A stretch of DNA of 64,000 nucleotides from positions 5,394,001 through 5,458,000 of the forward strand of contig JAGIQG010000016.1 of NCBI GenBank assembly GCA_024679065.1, read 5' to 3'. Of the stretch, positions 12,571 through 25,100 are shown one piece after another (the stretch's first letter is position 1; every line of letters begins with the position of its first letter). Source of the DNA: Sphyrna mokarran (Eukaryota). Under the pieces are notes generated by a model, which was given only the letters and a program-made list of their open reading frames with translations, did not search any database and had not been told where the DNA came from. Both the position numbers and the translations under genes were made by a program.

Positions 12571-12957
12571 ATCTCCTCACATCCCCATCTCTGACTTAAA
12601 TAGGAGATCTCCCATTCTGAAAGCTTATCCCCTGGTTCTTGTCTCCCACAGCGTTGTAAACATCCTCCCTCTCAAATCCCACACAGAACCTTTGTTTCAA
12701 TAAGATTACCCACTGCTCATTCTTCCGTGCCTCGATACGTGGACTAGATATCCAATACCCCGGGGTTTGGTGCCTGCCTCTCAGAGCTGTTCTAATCAAC
12801 TGGGAGCACTTCTTGGCTACGTCCCCGGAATGTGGGATTTCCCAATCCCACCCTGACCTGAAATTTCCACCAGGAATCAACAAATCTTTCAGTGCTCCCT
12901 GAAACTGTCCTCTCCGCCAGCGACATGCTGTGCTCTGCGGATCAGCGCTTTCAAGTG

Positions 12958-13280
12958 TGGCACGGTGCCACAGTGAGTAGCGTACACTGCTTCACAGCGC
13001 CAGGGACCCGGGTTCAATTCCGGCCTCGGGTCACTGTCTGTGTGGAGTCTGCACATTCTCCTCATGTCTGCGTGGGATTTCCTCCAGGTGCCCCGGCTCC
13101 CTCCCACTTCCCAAAGATGTGCGGGTTAGGCTGATTGGCTATGCTAAATTGACCTTAGTGTCAGGGATTAGCAGGGTAAATGCGTGGGGTTGCGACAATA
13201 GTGCCTGAGTGGGACTGTGGTCAGTGCAGACTCGATGGGCTGAATGGCCTCCTCTGTATTATAAGAACTCTATGATTTTA
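12958..13280 (+). mobile_element. HE1-type V-SINE
   Basis: Head GGCACGGTGCCACAGTGAGTAGC, B-box GGTTCAATTC, V core and tail. Confidence 0.85.
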
Positions 13281-13666
13281 TGACAGTTGCCACTACAGGT
13301 GGACGGGACTGGAAAATGTACACTTTTTATGTCCAGGGGGGTTGCGCAGTGCAGTCTAATACAGATGAAGGTGACCCCGTCCCCTCCTCCCACCCCAGGG
13401 GTGAGCACTTAAAACACTTAACCATCGGTGGGACTGGAAAATCCCACAATCTGCACAGTTATGCTAAAAGAAGCAAAGCTGAACAACCCCCCCCCCCAAC
13501 CTATTTAATACATCCACTTTTATTTTCACTGGAATTCACCCCTTCCCCCCCGAGGATTGTTCAACTCTGCAGAAAACCTTCGATTCTTTTTTTTCCCTCA
13601 TAGAAGGATTCCTTCAAAGAAAGGCAAATATCGGTTTGCGAAAATCACGTGGAGCTTGAACCTTAC

Positions 13667-13718
13667 CCGACAGGAGAAAGACAATGCAGATGGTGGGAGC
13701 CCACGCCAGTGAAGTCAT
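13667..13718 (-). CDS. First coding exon (signal peptide) of a secreted or type I membrane protein gene running leftwards; downstream exons not identified in the window
   Basis: ATG at 13718 gives MTSLAWAPTICIVFLLS+G, then a strong phase-1 donor G|GTAAGG. It lies in an island of unique sequence and has the same leader-exon architecture as the two nectin-like copies. Confidence 0.65.
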
Positions 13719-13819
13719 GTCGGGAAAGCGACCTTCCTTCTGTCCGGGAGTCAAAAACAAGAAGCTGGTTGCCCAGCGGACTGTCCATCCGACAAGTGCA
13801 ATGATCTCTGTGGCAATTC

Positions 13820-13845
13820 ATAGCAGGAAGTAGAGGAAAACCTCA
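13820..13845. promoter_or_regulatory. Candidate ETS/PU.1-type motifs ~110 bp upstream of the 13718 ATG
   Basis: AGCAGGAAGTAGAGGAAAA contains CAGGAAGT and GAGGAA; this is a motif match only. Confidence 0.35.
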
Positions 13846-13924
13846 CAAAAGTGCTGTGACATACACGCTTTTCCTCTCTCTCACTGCGTCTTTGCTTACG
13901 CTAAGATCGTGGTTTCTTCACCAG

Positions 13925-14372
13925 AAATTGCCCCTTAGTGTCCAAAGATGTGCAGGTTAGCTGGATTGGCCATGCAAAATGGCTCCATAGTGTCCAAAAA
14001 TGTGCAGGTTAGGTAGACTGATCATGCTAAACTGCCACTTAGGTTCCAAAGATATTCAGGTTAGATGGATTGACCATGCTAAATTTCCCACTCGTGTCCA
14101 AAGATGTGCAGGTTAGCTGGATTGGCCATGCAAAATTGCCCTTTAGTGTCCAAAGATATTCGAATTAAGAGGATTGGCCATATTAAATTGCCTGTTCTGT
14201 CCAAAGATGTTCAGATTAAGTGGATTGGCCATGCAAAATTGCTTGTAAAGATCCAAAGTTTTGTAGGTTAGGTAGATTGAGCATGCAAAATGCCGCTTAG
14301 TGTCCAAAGATATTCAAGTGGGATGGATTGACCGCGCTAAATTTCCCATTCGTGTCCAAAAATGTGCAAAGA
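13925..14372 (+). repeat. Tandem array of a 52-bp unit derived from the V-SINE body (~8-9 units)
   Basis: Consensus unit GTCCAAAGATGTGCAGGTTAGGTGGATTGGCCATGCTAAATTGCCCCTTAGT repeated head to tail with variants. Confidence 0.9.
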
Positions 14373-14797
14373 TGTTGCCAACTTCTTTTTTATTTACAGC
14401 TCTTGCACCTTCCTCCCCAGTGGAGGGAATGGTGGTGCATTGTACCAGCAGGGGATGTGGATAACCCACTTGTACCTCCCTGCTCCAGAAGGAAAGTGAG
14501 GCCACACTGCAGGAGCTGAGTTGGTCCGGTCTGCAACACACCAGGGATAAATATATCGTGGTGTTGTCTTGCTTGATGCTCTGTCGCCCTTACAGGGTGG
14601 GGTGGATCTGTGAAACACACAGGGTATTGCTTTTTGGGACAAAAGTTGGAATCCCACCACAGCGGATGGTTAAATTTGAATCCAGTGAAAAAGCTGGAAC
14701 AAATAATCTAATAATGGCCATGTCGCAAAACATACATCCATCTGGTTCACTAGTATCCATATAGGTAAGGAAATACATTGTCCTCGGTGTGTGGTAT

Positions 14798-15420
14798 GGT
14801 GGCACAGTGGTTTACATTGCTGCCTCACCGTGCCAGGACCAGGGTTCAATTCCAGCTGTGGCTCACTGTCTGTCTGGACATTCTCCCCATGGCTGCGTAT
14901 GTTCCCTCCGCGTGCACTGTTTTCCACCTACACTCCAAAGACGTGCAAGCTACAGTGTTGACCATGCTAAGTTGCCACTTAATAATCAAGGATGTGTACG
15001 TTAGATGGATTGGTCATGTTAAATTGCCCTTTCATGCCCAAAATGTACAGGTTAGGTGGATTGGCTGTGCTAATTTGCCACTTGGTGTCCAAAGATGTGC
15101 GGGTTAGGTGGATTGATAATGCTAAATAGCCTGGAAGACTCCAAAGGTGTGTAAGTTAGTTGGATTAGCCATAAAAATTGTCTCCTAGTGTCATAAGGTG
15201 TGCAGGTTAGGTGGAGTGGCCTTGTTGAATTGCCTTTTAGTGTCCAAAGGTGTGGAGGTTAGGTGGATTAGCAATGCTAAATTACCGGTTATGTCCAAAG
15301 GTGTTCAGGTTAAGTGGATTGGCCATGCTAAATTGCCTGAAAGGGTCCTAATGTGCGCATGTTCAGTGGATTGGCCATGCTAAATTGGCGCTTATTGTCC
15401 AAAGGTTAGGGGGATTGGTC
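14798..15420 (+). repeat. V-SINE head followed by a 52-bp tandem array (~9 units)
   Basis: SINE head at 14798-14935 runs directly into the repeated 52-bp unit. Confidence 0.85.
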
Positions 15421-15885
15421 AGTGATTCTGCGTTGCCATGTGTCGTGAAGGCCACCTTGGAGAATGTTTGCCTGAAGATCAGAGGCTGAATTCTCTGACT
15501 GCAGTCACTGAGCAGAGTCCGATAACCGCACAGATGAGGACGGCTCAACCGAGATCTTGGGTTCATGTCATACTGTCTGTAACCACCATGACTTATCTGT
15601 TCTTGCAAAATTTCACTAACTGTCCTGTCTGGAGAGAATACATACCACTTCAACTTGTGCTTGGCCCCTCTCTCTGCTTGCTTTGTCTGCACCTTTAAGA
15701 CTTGATTATCTGTCAAGTCTCGCAATCCAACCATTATTTTGTAAATTGAGTTTGTGTCGAAATACACCCTGTTTGTCAACACCACTCCCCCACTCTCCTG
15801 ATGAAGGGGCAGTGTTCTGAAAGCTTGTGCTGCCAAATTAACCTGTTGGACTTTAACCTGGTGTTGTGAGATTTTTTTACTGTGT
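15421..15885 (+). mobile_element. Penelope-like element 3' end (GIY-YIG C-terminus plus terminal repeat) with an inverted 5' segment
   Basis: Homologous to 47055-47500; 15421-15490 is in opposite orientation to 15500-15885; contains a CTGATGA...GAAA motif at ~15794-15830. Confidence 0.75.
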
Positions 15886-16388
15886 TAAAAGGTGACTCCA
15901 ACAATGCGATTAACTCTGAAATGACCTTTGGAAATGGCCGTTCATTTCCGGGGTAATTAGGGATAGGAAATCGGCATCGGCTGAGGTTAACCGCGCTGAG
16001 TTAACAAACAAAACAAGTCAGCTAAATTACTGAACGTTATTTCTGCTTAAAGCTGCCCTGAGTTTTGTCCTTCCTCATTCCTCTGTTGGGAGATATGAAT
16101 TTCTTCAGTAACACTCTTGCCTCAACACCTGTTTCCTCTTTTTTGACCACAAAACAAGTAACTGCGCTGACAAGTCTTCCCCTGGGGGAGGGTTGAATGG
16201 ATCCACTATTTCAGGAGCTCGTGGTAGGTGACAGGGGTCTACCCGAATCAATTCTACCTGGTCCATTGTCCCTGTGCTTTTCATTACGTCCAATCTCCAC
16301 GGTGTAACAGACGGGGGTGTAGGGGTCATTTTTATCAGTGAGGGCACATCTAACCTGCAACTGTGACCAAACATTCAGAATATCGAGT

Positions 16389-16690
16389 AGAATCATAGAA
16401 TCCCTACAGCGCAGAGGGAGGCCATTCAGCCCATCGAGTCTGTACCGACCACAATCCCACCCATGCCCTGTCCCCATAACTCCATGCATTCGCCCTAACT
16501 TGTCCCCCTGACACTAAGGGGCAATTAGCACGGCCAATCCATTCAACCCACAGGTGTTTGGACTGTGGGAGAAAACCCACACAGACATGGGGAGAAGGCG
16601 CAAACTCCACACAGGCATTCACCCAAGCTGGGAATCGAACCCTGGTCCCTGGCGCTGTGTGTGCTAACCACTATGACACCATGCCACCTG
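16389..16690 (-). mobile_element. HE1-type V-SINE
   Basis: Tail AGAATCATAGAATCCCTACAG; V core and head on the minus strand. Confidence 0.85.
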
Positions 16691-17339
16691 CAGGGACAGA
16701 TACATTCTCTCCTACGGAAGTTAACAAAGTTAGTTTATTATTGTCACTTTTAGGTTTACGTTAACATGGCAATGAAGTTACTATGAAAATTCCCTGGTCG
16801 CCACACTTTCGGGTACACTGAGGGAGAATTTAGCCAATGAACCTAACCAGCACGTCTTTCAGACGGTGGAAGGAAGCCAGAGCACCCGGAGGAAACCCAC
16901 GCAGACACTGGAAGAATGTACAGTGACCCAAACCGGGAATCAAGCCTGGGTCCCTGTGGGGCAGCAGTGTTAAACACTGTGCTGCTGGACCGTCCCAGGT
17001 TCGGATGTTGAGAATGGAAATTGAAAGGAATGGCAATTTTTTTTTCATTGCTTCACCAACAAAATGTCCTTTTTTTCCAATAGCAGCTGATAAAATTTCC
17101 CTCTCCCTCTGCCCATAACATACTTTAGCAATGACATTTCTATCAGTAAATTACATAACAGTTCCATGGAGAATATCTGTGGATTGGTCAAGTGGAAGAA
17201 TATTAGAAATAGGGTTGGAATTGGAGAATTGTGAAATGATACATTTGGGGGGATTGCACAATAAATGAGAGTTTTTTTAAAGTTTATTTATTAGCGTCAG
17301 GAGTGGGCTTACATTAACACTGCAATGAAGTTACGAGAG

Positions 17340-18000
17340 GAAGCGATGGTATTATTGCTGTACTATTAATCCAGCCTCTCAGCTAATGTTCTGGAGATCA
17401 GGCTGCAAAGTGGTAGAATTTCAATTCAATAAAAAAAATCTGGAATTAAGGATCCACCAATGACCATGGTGACGTGGTCGCACAGTGGTTAGCACTGCTG
17501 CATCATAGCGCCGGGGACCTGGGTTCAATTCCCGGCTTGGTTCACTGCCTGTGTGGAGTTTGCACATTCTCCCTGTGTCTGCACGGGTTTCCTCCGGGCA
17601 CTCCGTTATCCTCCCATGGTCCAAAGATGTGCATCTTTGGTTTGGCCGTGTTAAATTGCCCTTAAGTGTCAGGGGACTAGCGAAATGCATGGGTTTATAG
17701 GGAAAGAGGCTGGATGGGATTGTGGTCGGTGCAGGCACAATGGGCTGAATGGCCTCCTGCTGCATGACAGGGATTCTAAAAAATCTAACATGAAACCATT
17801 ATTGGTTGTCAGAAAAACAAATCTGGTTCACTTTAGGGAAGGAAATCTGCCGTCCTTACCCTGTCTGGCCTACGTGTGGCTTTAAAGCCACACAGCAATG
17901 TCATTGGCTCTCAACTGCCCTCTGAACAAGGGCAATTGGGGATGGGCAATAAATGCTGGCCAGCCAGTGACCCCCAGGTCCCATAAATGAATAAAAAAAT
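17340..18000 (+). mobile_element. Family B SINE interrupted by an HE1-type SINE (~17468-17780)
   Basis: The family B body breaks after TGACCATG and resumes at CATGAAACCATT (~17790). Confidence 0.75.
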
Positions 18001-18342
18001 CCTGAAAAATCCCCTAGTGACCACACTCTGGCACCTGTTCGGGTACGCTGAGGGAGAATTTAGCACGGTCAATGCATCTCACCAGCACGTCTTTCGGAAA
18101 GAAACCGGAGCACACAAAGGAAACCCATTCAGACACAGGAAGAACGTGCAAACTCCACACTGACAGGAATCGAACCTGGTTCTCTGGCACTGTGAGAACC
18201 ATTGTGTCTCTGGAGTGACACAGAATGGAGTGGAGGGAGTGAGAGACCTTGGACTGTATGCCCACAGGTCCCAAATTGCATCAGGATGAGGTGTTTGGGG
18301 AACACGGAATCCTTTCATTTATTAGCAGTGGTACAGAAGGTG

Positions 18343-18700
18343 GAGGGGATGGCCTAGTGGTATCATCGTGAGATTATTAATCCAGAAACTCAGCTAATGT
18401 TCTGTGGAGCTGGGTTCAAATCCCGCCACGGCAGATGGTAGAATTTGTATTCAATGAAAAATATCTGGAATTAAGAATCTACTGATGACCATGAAACCAT
18501 TGTCGGAAAAACCCATCTGGTTCACTAATGTCCCTTAGGGGAAGAAATCTGCCATCCTTACCCAGTCTGGCCTACATGTGACACCAGATCCACAGCAATG
18601 TGGCTGGCTTTGAATTACCCCCACTCAAGGGCAACTAGAGATGAGCAATAAACGCTGGCTGTCCAACAATGCCCGTGTCCCACAAATGAACATAAAAAAG
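18343..18700 (+). mobile_element. Family B tRNA-derived SINE, full length
   Basis: Head GATGGCCTAGTGGTA...GGTTCAAATCCC, body, LINE-shared tail and A-rich end. Confidence 0.8.
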
Positions 18701-19626
18701 AAATATAAAAGAGGAAGGCAATGCTGGAATTGTATAAAATGTTAGTTAGGCCCCAACTTGAGAACTGTATGCAGTTCTGTCATCTCATTACAGAAAGGGT
18801 ATAATTTCATTAGAGAGGGGGCAGAGGAGATTCACAAGGATGTTGCCACTCAGGAATGGGAAATTGAAGCTGGATGGAAGATCAGATAGGCTAGAGTTCT
18901 TCACAAAGGACGGTGAGGGGGTATTGGATTAAGGTGCGCAAAATTATGAGGGGGTTTTGTATAGATTGCAAGTGTTTACTGACTTCAGGCAAGAGGTCAG
19001 TGACGGGGGGAAGCAATGATTCGAAGCAATGGTTAGAAAGATTGGAGGGGAGATGAGGAAGTATTTTTCGCCCAGGAGGACTTGGATGCCTGGAACTCAA
19101 TTCCCAAAAGAGACAGAATCTTCTAAACCTTATCAAAAATATATATATCCTATAAGAAGGATGTGGAAGCGTTGGAGAGAGTGCAGAGGAGATTTACCAG
19201 GATGCTGCCTGGGATTGGAGGGTAGGTCTTATGAGGAAAGGTTGAGGGAGCTGGGGCTTTTCTCTTTGGAGCGAAGGAGGATGAGAGGCGACTTAATAGA
19301 GGTTTATAAGATGATGAGGGGGATAGTTAGAGTGGACGTGCAGAGACTATTTCCTCGGGTAATGTAGCTGTTACTAAGGGGCATAACTATAAGGTGGGAA
19401 ATATAGTTTAGATGTGTGAGATTCAGAGAGTGGTTGGGGTGTGGAATGCACTGCTTGCTGTGATAGTGGAGTTGGACACTTTAGGAACCTTCAAGCAGTT
19501 ATTGGGTAGGCACATGGAGCACACCAGAAATATAGGGAGTGGGATAGCTTGATCTTGCGATTGACAAAGCTCAGCACAACACTGAGGGCCGAAGGGCTTG
19601 TACTGTGCTATAATGTTCTATGTTTT
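18700..19626 (+). mobile_element. Two adjacent CR1 3' fragments (old 18700-19140; younger 19148-19626)
   Basis: Codons for [27 protein letters not shown]; tail GGGCCGAAGGGC...AATGTTCTATGTT. Confidence 0.85.
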
Positions 19627-21049
19627 CTGTGAAAATGTGTCTGGATTTGTATCGAACCTGCAGAGCTCTGGGCCAAATGTGGGAAAGTGGGGCTTGGCTG
19701 GAAAGCTGATATCTCAGTCAGTGCACAGATAATGGGCTTTTCTGTGTTGTAAAAGGCAGCCAGTGATTCAAAGTTGATGGAAGTAAAGTGCAAAACGTAT
19801 TTTGTATAAATTGCAGTGATGTGTCTAACAGCATTGCTGATAGCAGCTTGCAAAATGATAATGATCTAGCACTTATTAAGGTTGGCATGATTATTTTATT
19901 TCCAGCCCACTAACTTCTCTTCATCTGCTTGGTCACACACTTTAGATTGTGGGGAGCAGATTAGATTTACAGTCTGAATGCATTCAGTTCCTTCTGTCCC
20001 GACTTTACACAGTCTTGAGAACAGTACACTTGTTTAGTGCACTTTATTTCATCACCTCTCTCTCTTTGCCTCTTGTCTTACCAAATTTGGAAGTAAAGAA
20101 AGCAGCCTCTTCATTTCTTCAATGGGTGGAGGTTTGGGCAGGTTCATAGCCAACCTACGCCCTCTTTCTGGATGCCCACTGCCCCTGATTGCCAGCATTT
20201 CAACGCAGATGCACAGAGGTGACACGGTGGCAGAGTGGGTTAGCACTACTGTCTCACAGCCCCAGGGGTCTGGGTTCGATTCCCAGCTCGGGTGACTGTC
20301 TGTGTGAAATTTGCACATTCTCGGGGATAGTGGTCAGTGCAGATCCGATGGGCTGAATGGCCTCTTTCTGCACAGTAAGGTTTCTATGACAATGACTCCA
20401 TGATACTGATCGCCTGCTCCTGCCAGGAACTATTTCAGAGAAGTTGAGGAGATATTTAGTCCCAGTTTAAAAGTTTTTGAAAAAAGTTTATTTATTAATG
20501 TCACAAGCAGGCTGACATTAACACTGAAATGAAAATCTCCGAGTCTCCACCTTTTTCGCGGACACTGCGGGGGAATTTAGCACGGCCAATGCACCTAACC
20601 AGCATGTCTTTCCGACTGTGGAGAGAAACCGGAGCACCCGGAGAAAACCCACCCAAACACAGGGAAAAGGTTCAAACTCCACACAGTCAGTGACCCAAGC
20701 CAGGAATCGAACCCAGGTTCCTGGTGCTATAAAGTAGCAGTGCTAACCACTGTATCACTGTGTTACCCAAGCTCTCAAAGAGGTGTTCCCAGTGTGGGGT
20801 GCTATTAGTATTGGAGATGGGAGGTTGGGCTGGTGTTGGAGGCCACATCCCAATTCTCAGACTCCCCTTCACTGTCACCTCTGGATCGTCTCCATTGAAC
20901 CTCTCAAACTTACTCAGCAGCCTGGTCAGAGAGTCTTTAGTGACATTGACATTTTATGGCCCATTTCTCAGTCCTCAATCCACTTGGGGTCACGTGTTAC
21001 AAATAGTTAGGACCTCATTCGCTAAGTTTAAAAGATGTATCCAATTTTT

Positions 21050-21785
21050 GATTTGATTTGTTATTGTCACAAACACGTGTTAGTATCCAGTGAAAAGCAT
21101 TGTTTCTTGCTCATTATACAGACCAAGCATATCGTTCATAGAGTACGTAAGGGAGAAGGAAATGAGAGAGTGCAGAGTGTAGTGTTACAGACGTAGCAAG
21201 GGGGTAGAGAGAGGTCAACTTAATATAGGGTAGGTCCATTCAGGAGTCTGATGGCAGCAGGGAAGAAACTGTTCTTGAGTCAATTGGTGATCTCAGGTTT
21301 TTGCATCTTTCTCCCGACAGGAGAAGATGGAAGGGAGTCTGTCCGGGGTGGTGGCGTTCTTGATTATACTGACTGCTTTTCCGAGGCAGTGTGAAGTGTA
21401 GATGAAGTCAATGATGGGAGGTTGGTTTGCATGATGGACTTGGCTATGCTCATCATCCTTTGTAGTTATTTGTGTTCCTGGGCAGAGCAGGGGCCATACC
21501 AAGCTGTGATACATGGGGAGAGCACACTTTTTATGATGCATCTGTAAAAACTGGTGTGAGTTGTGACGAACATGCAAAATTTCCTTAGTCTCTTGAGAAA
21601 GTAGAGACGTTGAGAGGTTTTTTTAACTATAGTGTTGGTGTGGAGGGACTAGGACAGGTTTTTGGTGTTCTCGACACCTAGAAACTTGAAGCGCTTGGCC
21701 ATTTCCACTTCATCCCTGTTGATGTAGACAGGGGCATGTTCTACACTGCGCTTCCTGAAGTCAACAATTGTCTCCTTCCTTTTAA
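21050..21785 (-). mobile_element. Rex1/Babar-type LINE RT C-terminal fragment (duplicate at ~62720-63455, +)
   Basis: Codons for FKFLGV..T.NLS.SLH...VKK..QRLYFLKRLRKF...FYRCI, a Rex1-like RT tail. Confidence 0.7.
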
Positions 21786-22361
21786 CTCCTGTTTGATTGG
21801 TGAGTTACAGACAGACCTGACTGAGGGTAAAGCTAATTGATCTCTGCGTGAAAAGGCACAATTAAACGGGAAGCTTTGTGAAGGTTGATTTATCCCAAAC
21901 TCCAATATATATGGTGCGAATACCAGTGAGTAATGTTATACGGAGAGACTGCAGGTACTGGGATGGATCTCCCTCCCATCAGGGAAATTAGAGATGGTGA
22001 AACTCTTTCTGGTTCTTGTGGTGTTGTAGGTTGGATGGTGGTACAATGATATTGTCACTGGAGGGGCAATAGTGGGTTTTCTCTGTAATTTTTCTATGGT
22101 CAGAGCTCAAGACAACTGGAAATATGATGATATTTTTACTGTTGTGGGGGAGTGGGGGAGGTGAAGCTGGAAAGGTGGGGCTGGGTAGAGGGCCAGTGAT
22201 AAGTGATAGCGAGGGAAGGACTGACAAAGATGCCCTGGACTACAAGACAAAGGGATTGCAAATGGTTGTGGTCACAACTTGGAAGGTTATTGATAGCTGC
22301 CATTAAGAGATCAGAATGTGTCAACGGCAGAACAACAGTAAGCAGTGTGACAAGGGATTGT

Positions 22362-23265
22362 ACGGTGGTACAATGGTTAGCACTGCTACCTCACAGTGCC
22401 AGGGTCCCAGGTTCAAATCCAGCCTTGGGTCACTGTCTGTGCAGAGTCTGCATGTTCTCCATGTGCCTGCATGGGTTTCTCTGAGCATTCTGCTTCCCCT
22501 CCACACTCCAAAGATTATAGATTAGGTGGATTTGTCATGCTAAATTGCTTCTTAGTGTCCCAAAACATGTAGATTGGTGGACTTACTGTGCTAACGTGCC
22601 AGTTTGCATCCAAAGATGTCTAGGTTAGGTGGATTGACCATGCTGAGTTGCCCCTTAGTGTCCAAAGAATGGCAGGTTAGGGGGATTAGCCATACTAAAT
22701 TGTTTCTCAGAGTACAGAGATGTGCACGTTATGTGGATTGCCATGATACATTGTCCTAAGTATTCAAAGATGTGGAGGTTAGGGGATTAGCCTTGCTAAA
22801 TTCTCCCTTAGTTTCCAGAGATGTGCAGGTTAGGTGAACTGGCCATGTTAACTTGCCCTTTAGTGTCCAAAGACGTGCAGATTAGATGGATTGGCAATGC
22901 TAAATTGCCCCTTAGTGTTCAAAGATGTACAGGTTAAGTGGATTGGCCATGCTAAATTGCCCCTTAGAGTTCGAAGATGTGCAGGTTAGGTGGATTGGCC
23001 ATGCTAAATTGTCCCTTAGTGTTCAAAGATGTACAGGTTAAGTGGATTGGCCATGCTAAACTGCATTTTAGTGTTCAAAAATGTGCAGGTAAAGTGGATT
23101 GGCCATGCTAAATTGCCCCTTAGTGTCCTAAGGTGTGCAGGTTAGGTGGATTGGCCGTGCTAAATTGCTCCTTACTGTCCAAAGATGCTCAGGTTAGGTG
23201 GATTGGCCATGCTAAATTGCCCCTTAGTGTCCAAAGATGTGCAGGTTAGATGGATTGACCATGGT
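22362..23265 (+). repeat. V-SINE head with a 52-bp tandem expansion (~14 units)
   Basis: SINE head at 22362-22505, then repeated 52-bp units; paralogous to 60054-61397. Confidence 0.9.
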
Positions 23266-23499
23266 GAATGCTGAGAATTATGTTGATAGAGCGAGGTGTG
23301 GACTTGTATGAGACGCTCTCTCTCTGAGAGGCAGGGGCCAAACAGCCTTCCTCTGCAATCCAGGCATTCAATGGTTCCATGGTACTTCCCTGAGCCAGGG
23401 AATCCAGGTCTGTTCCCTTCTCTGGAGAAACCCTGGATAACGCAAACAAGGCGATTGACATAATTCACAACAGGGACAGGAAGGGCTGGGATGAGGGAG

Positions 23500-25100
23500 A
23501 TGGGTCGGACATAGTTGAGAGCCCTGTCAATCACGGTGGACGGGAATCCATGATTACAGAAGAAGGAAGACTTATCAGCTGCTCCATTTTGGAAAGGGGC
23601 ATCATTGGAATTGATGCGACAGAGGCTCAGGAACTGAGAGAATGGGATGGAGTCTCACAGGATATGAGGTGTGAAGAGATGTAGTCATGGTGGCTGGAGG
23701 GAGCTGGTGTGCTTGCAATGGATAATGGTGGACAGAGGGGAGTTATAGGACAAAAGGTAAAATTATCCGGAGTATAGAGACGCAGAGAGACCTGGGGGTG
23801 CAGGTTCACAAGTCTCTGAAGGTGTCAGTACAGGTGGAGAATGTGATAAAGAAAGCCTATGGTATGTTAGCCTTCATGGGAAGGGATATAGAATACAAGA
23901 GTAGGAGTCTGATGTTGACGGTGTATAGATCGTTGGTTAGGCCTCACTTGGAGTACTGCGTCCAGTTCTGGTCGCCGTACTACCGGAAGGATGTAGAGGC
24001 CCTGGAGAGAGTGCAGAGGAGATTTACCAGGATGCTGCCTGGTAAAGGGCAGTCTTATGAGGAAAGATTGAACACACTGGGGTTGTTTTCCCTTGAAAGA
24101 TGTCGGCTGAGAGGGGATCTATTAGAGGTATATAAGATTATGAGGGGTACAGATAGAGTAAATGGTGGTAAGCTTTTTCCACCATTAGAAATGGATAGAA
24201 CAAGGGGTCACGGCCTCAGGGTGAGGGGAGCTATGTATAAGACGAATATTAGAGGGCAGTTTTTCACACAAAGGGTAGTGGGGGTGTGGAATGCACTGCC
24301 GAGTAAGGTGGTGGGAGCAGGCACGCTAGGGTTGTTTAAGGGTCTCTTGGACAGCCACATGAGCGGTCTGCAGATAGAGGGATGTAGCAGGACTGTCTAA
24401 ATATCGGGAGCTTTGGGACGACCAAATAGTATTAGAATATCTTTTAGTTTTGTCTCAGGGATGTCTCAGTTTTTCGCATGTTTAATAATGTCTTATTTGT
24501 TTTCACAGGCAATTCGGTCCACCTTGTTGACCAACAAGGTGCATGCATTCGGCAGGCCGTGCGAGGGCTGCTCTTTGATGTTGCTTCAGGAGTGGCCTAG
24601 TGCTTCACGTCGTGAGTGTGTGCTTAAACTGGACCATCTGATGGGCAACATGACAGCTCAGAGAGTATCGCTGTTGCTGTGCAGACACATGGATTTGGGC
24701 CTGTGTCTGCGAGAGTTTGCGCGTTCTCCCCGTGGCTGCGTGGGTTTTCTCCGGGTGCTCCGGTTTCCTCCCACATCCCAAAAATGTGCTCTTAGGCTGA
24801 TTGGGTAACAAATTGTCCCTATATTTGTCCCTATGTGGGACAATAGGCATAGCCTAAAGTCATGGATATGTCATTAAGACGTTAGGACGGCGGCGCGGGC
24901 TCGTTGGGCCGAAGGGCCTGTTTCCCGTGCTGTGTTGCTCTTTGTTCTTTGTTCTTTGAAATGGAGACAGAGAGGTTAAGGAAGGGAAAGGAAGCATCAC
25001 AGATGGACCCTGTGAAGATGACAGAGGGATAGAAATTGATCATTTTTTTCCAGACCCAGAAGAGAACATGAAGCGTCAGCGATACAGTTATCGATGTTCC
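23500..25100 (-). mobile_element. Penelope-like RT/linker fragment split by a CR1 insertion (uninterrupted paralog at ~59440-59830, +)
   Basis: Codons for SIPFSQFLSLCRINSNDAPFQNGAADKSSFFCNHGFPSTVIDRAL. Confidence 0.65.
23737..24957 (+). mobile_element. CR1 LINE 3' part (second subfamily) with long V-domain-containing 3' UTR; present only in the left arm
   Basis: Intact ORF 23798-24400 (RPHLEYCVQFWSP, FFTQRVV); UTR 24401-24957 ending (TTTGTTC)n; empty site at ~59582 in the right arm. Confidence 0.93.

Noticed and set aside
16105-16374. Unique-looking minus-strand ORF ending ...VLRQECY*, faintly like nectin C-termini
   Set aside because: No recognisable domain, no terminal hydrophobic PDZ residue and no linkable upstream exon; left unassigned.
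22505-23265. 52-bp arrays as CRISPR arrays
   Set aside because: Units abut without unique spacers, derive from a SINE body, and there are no cas genes; the DNA is vertebrate.
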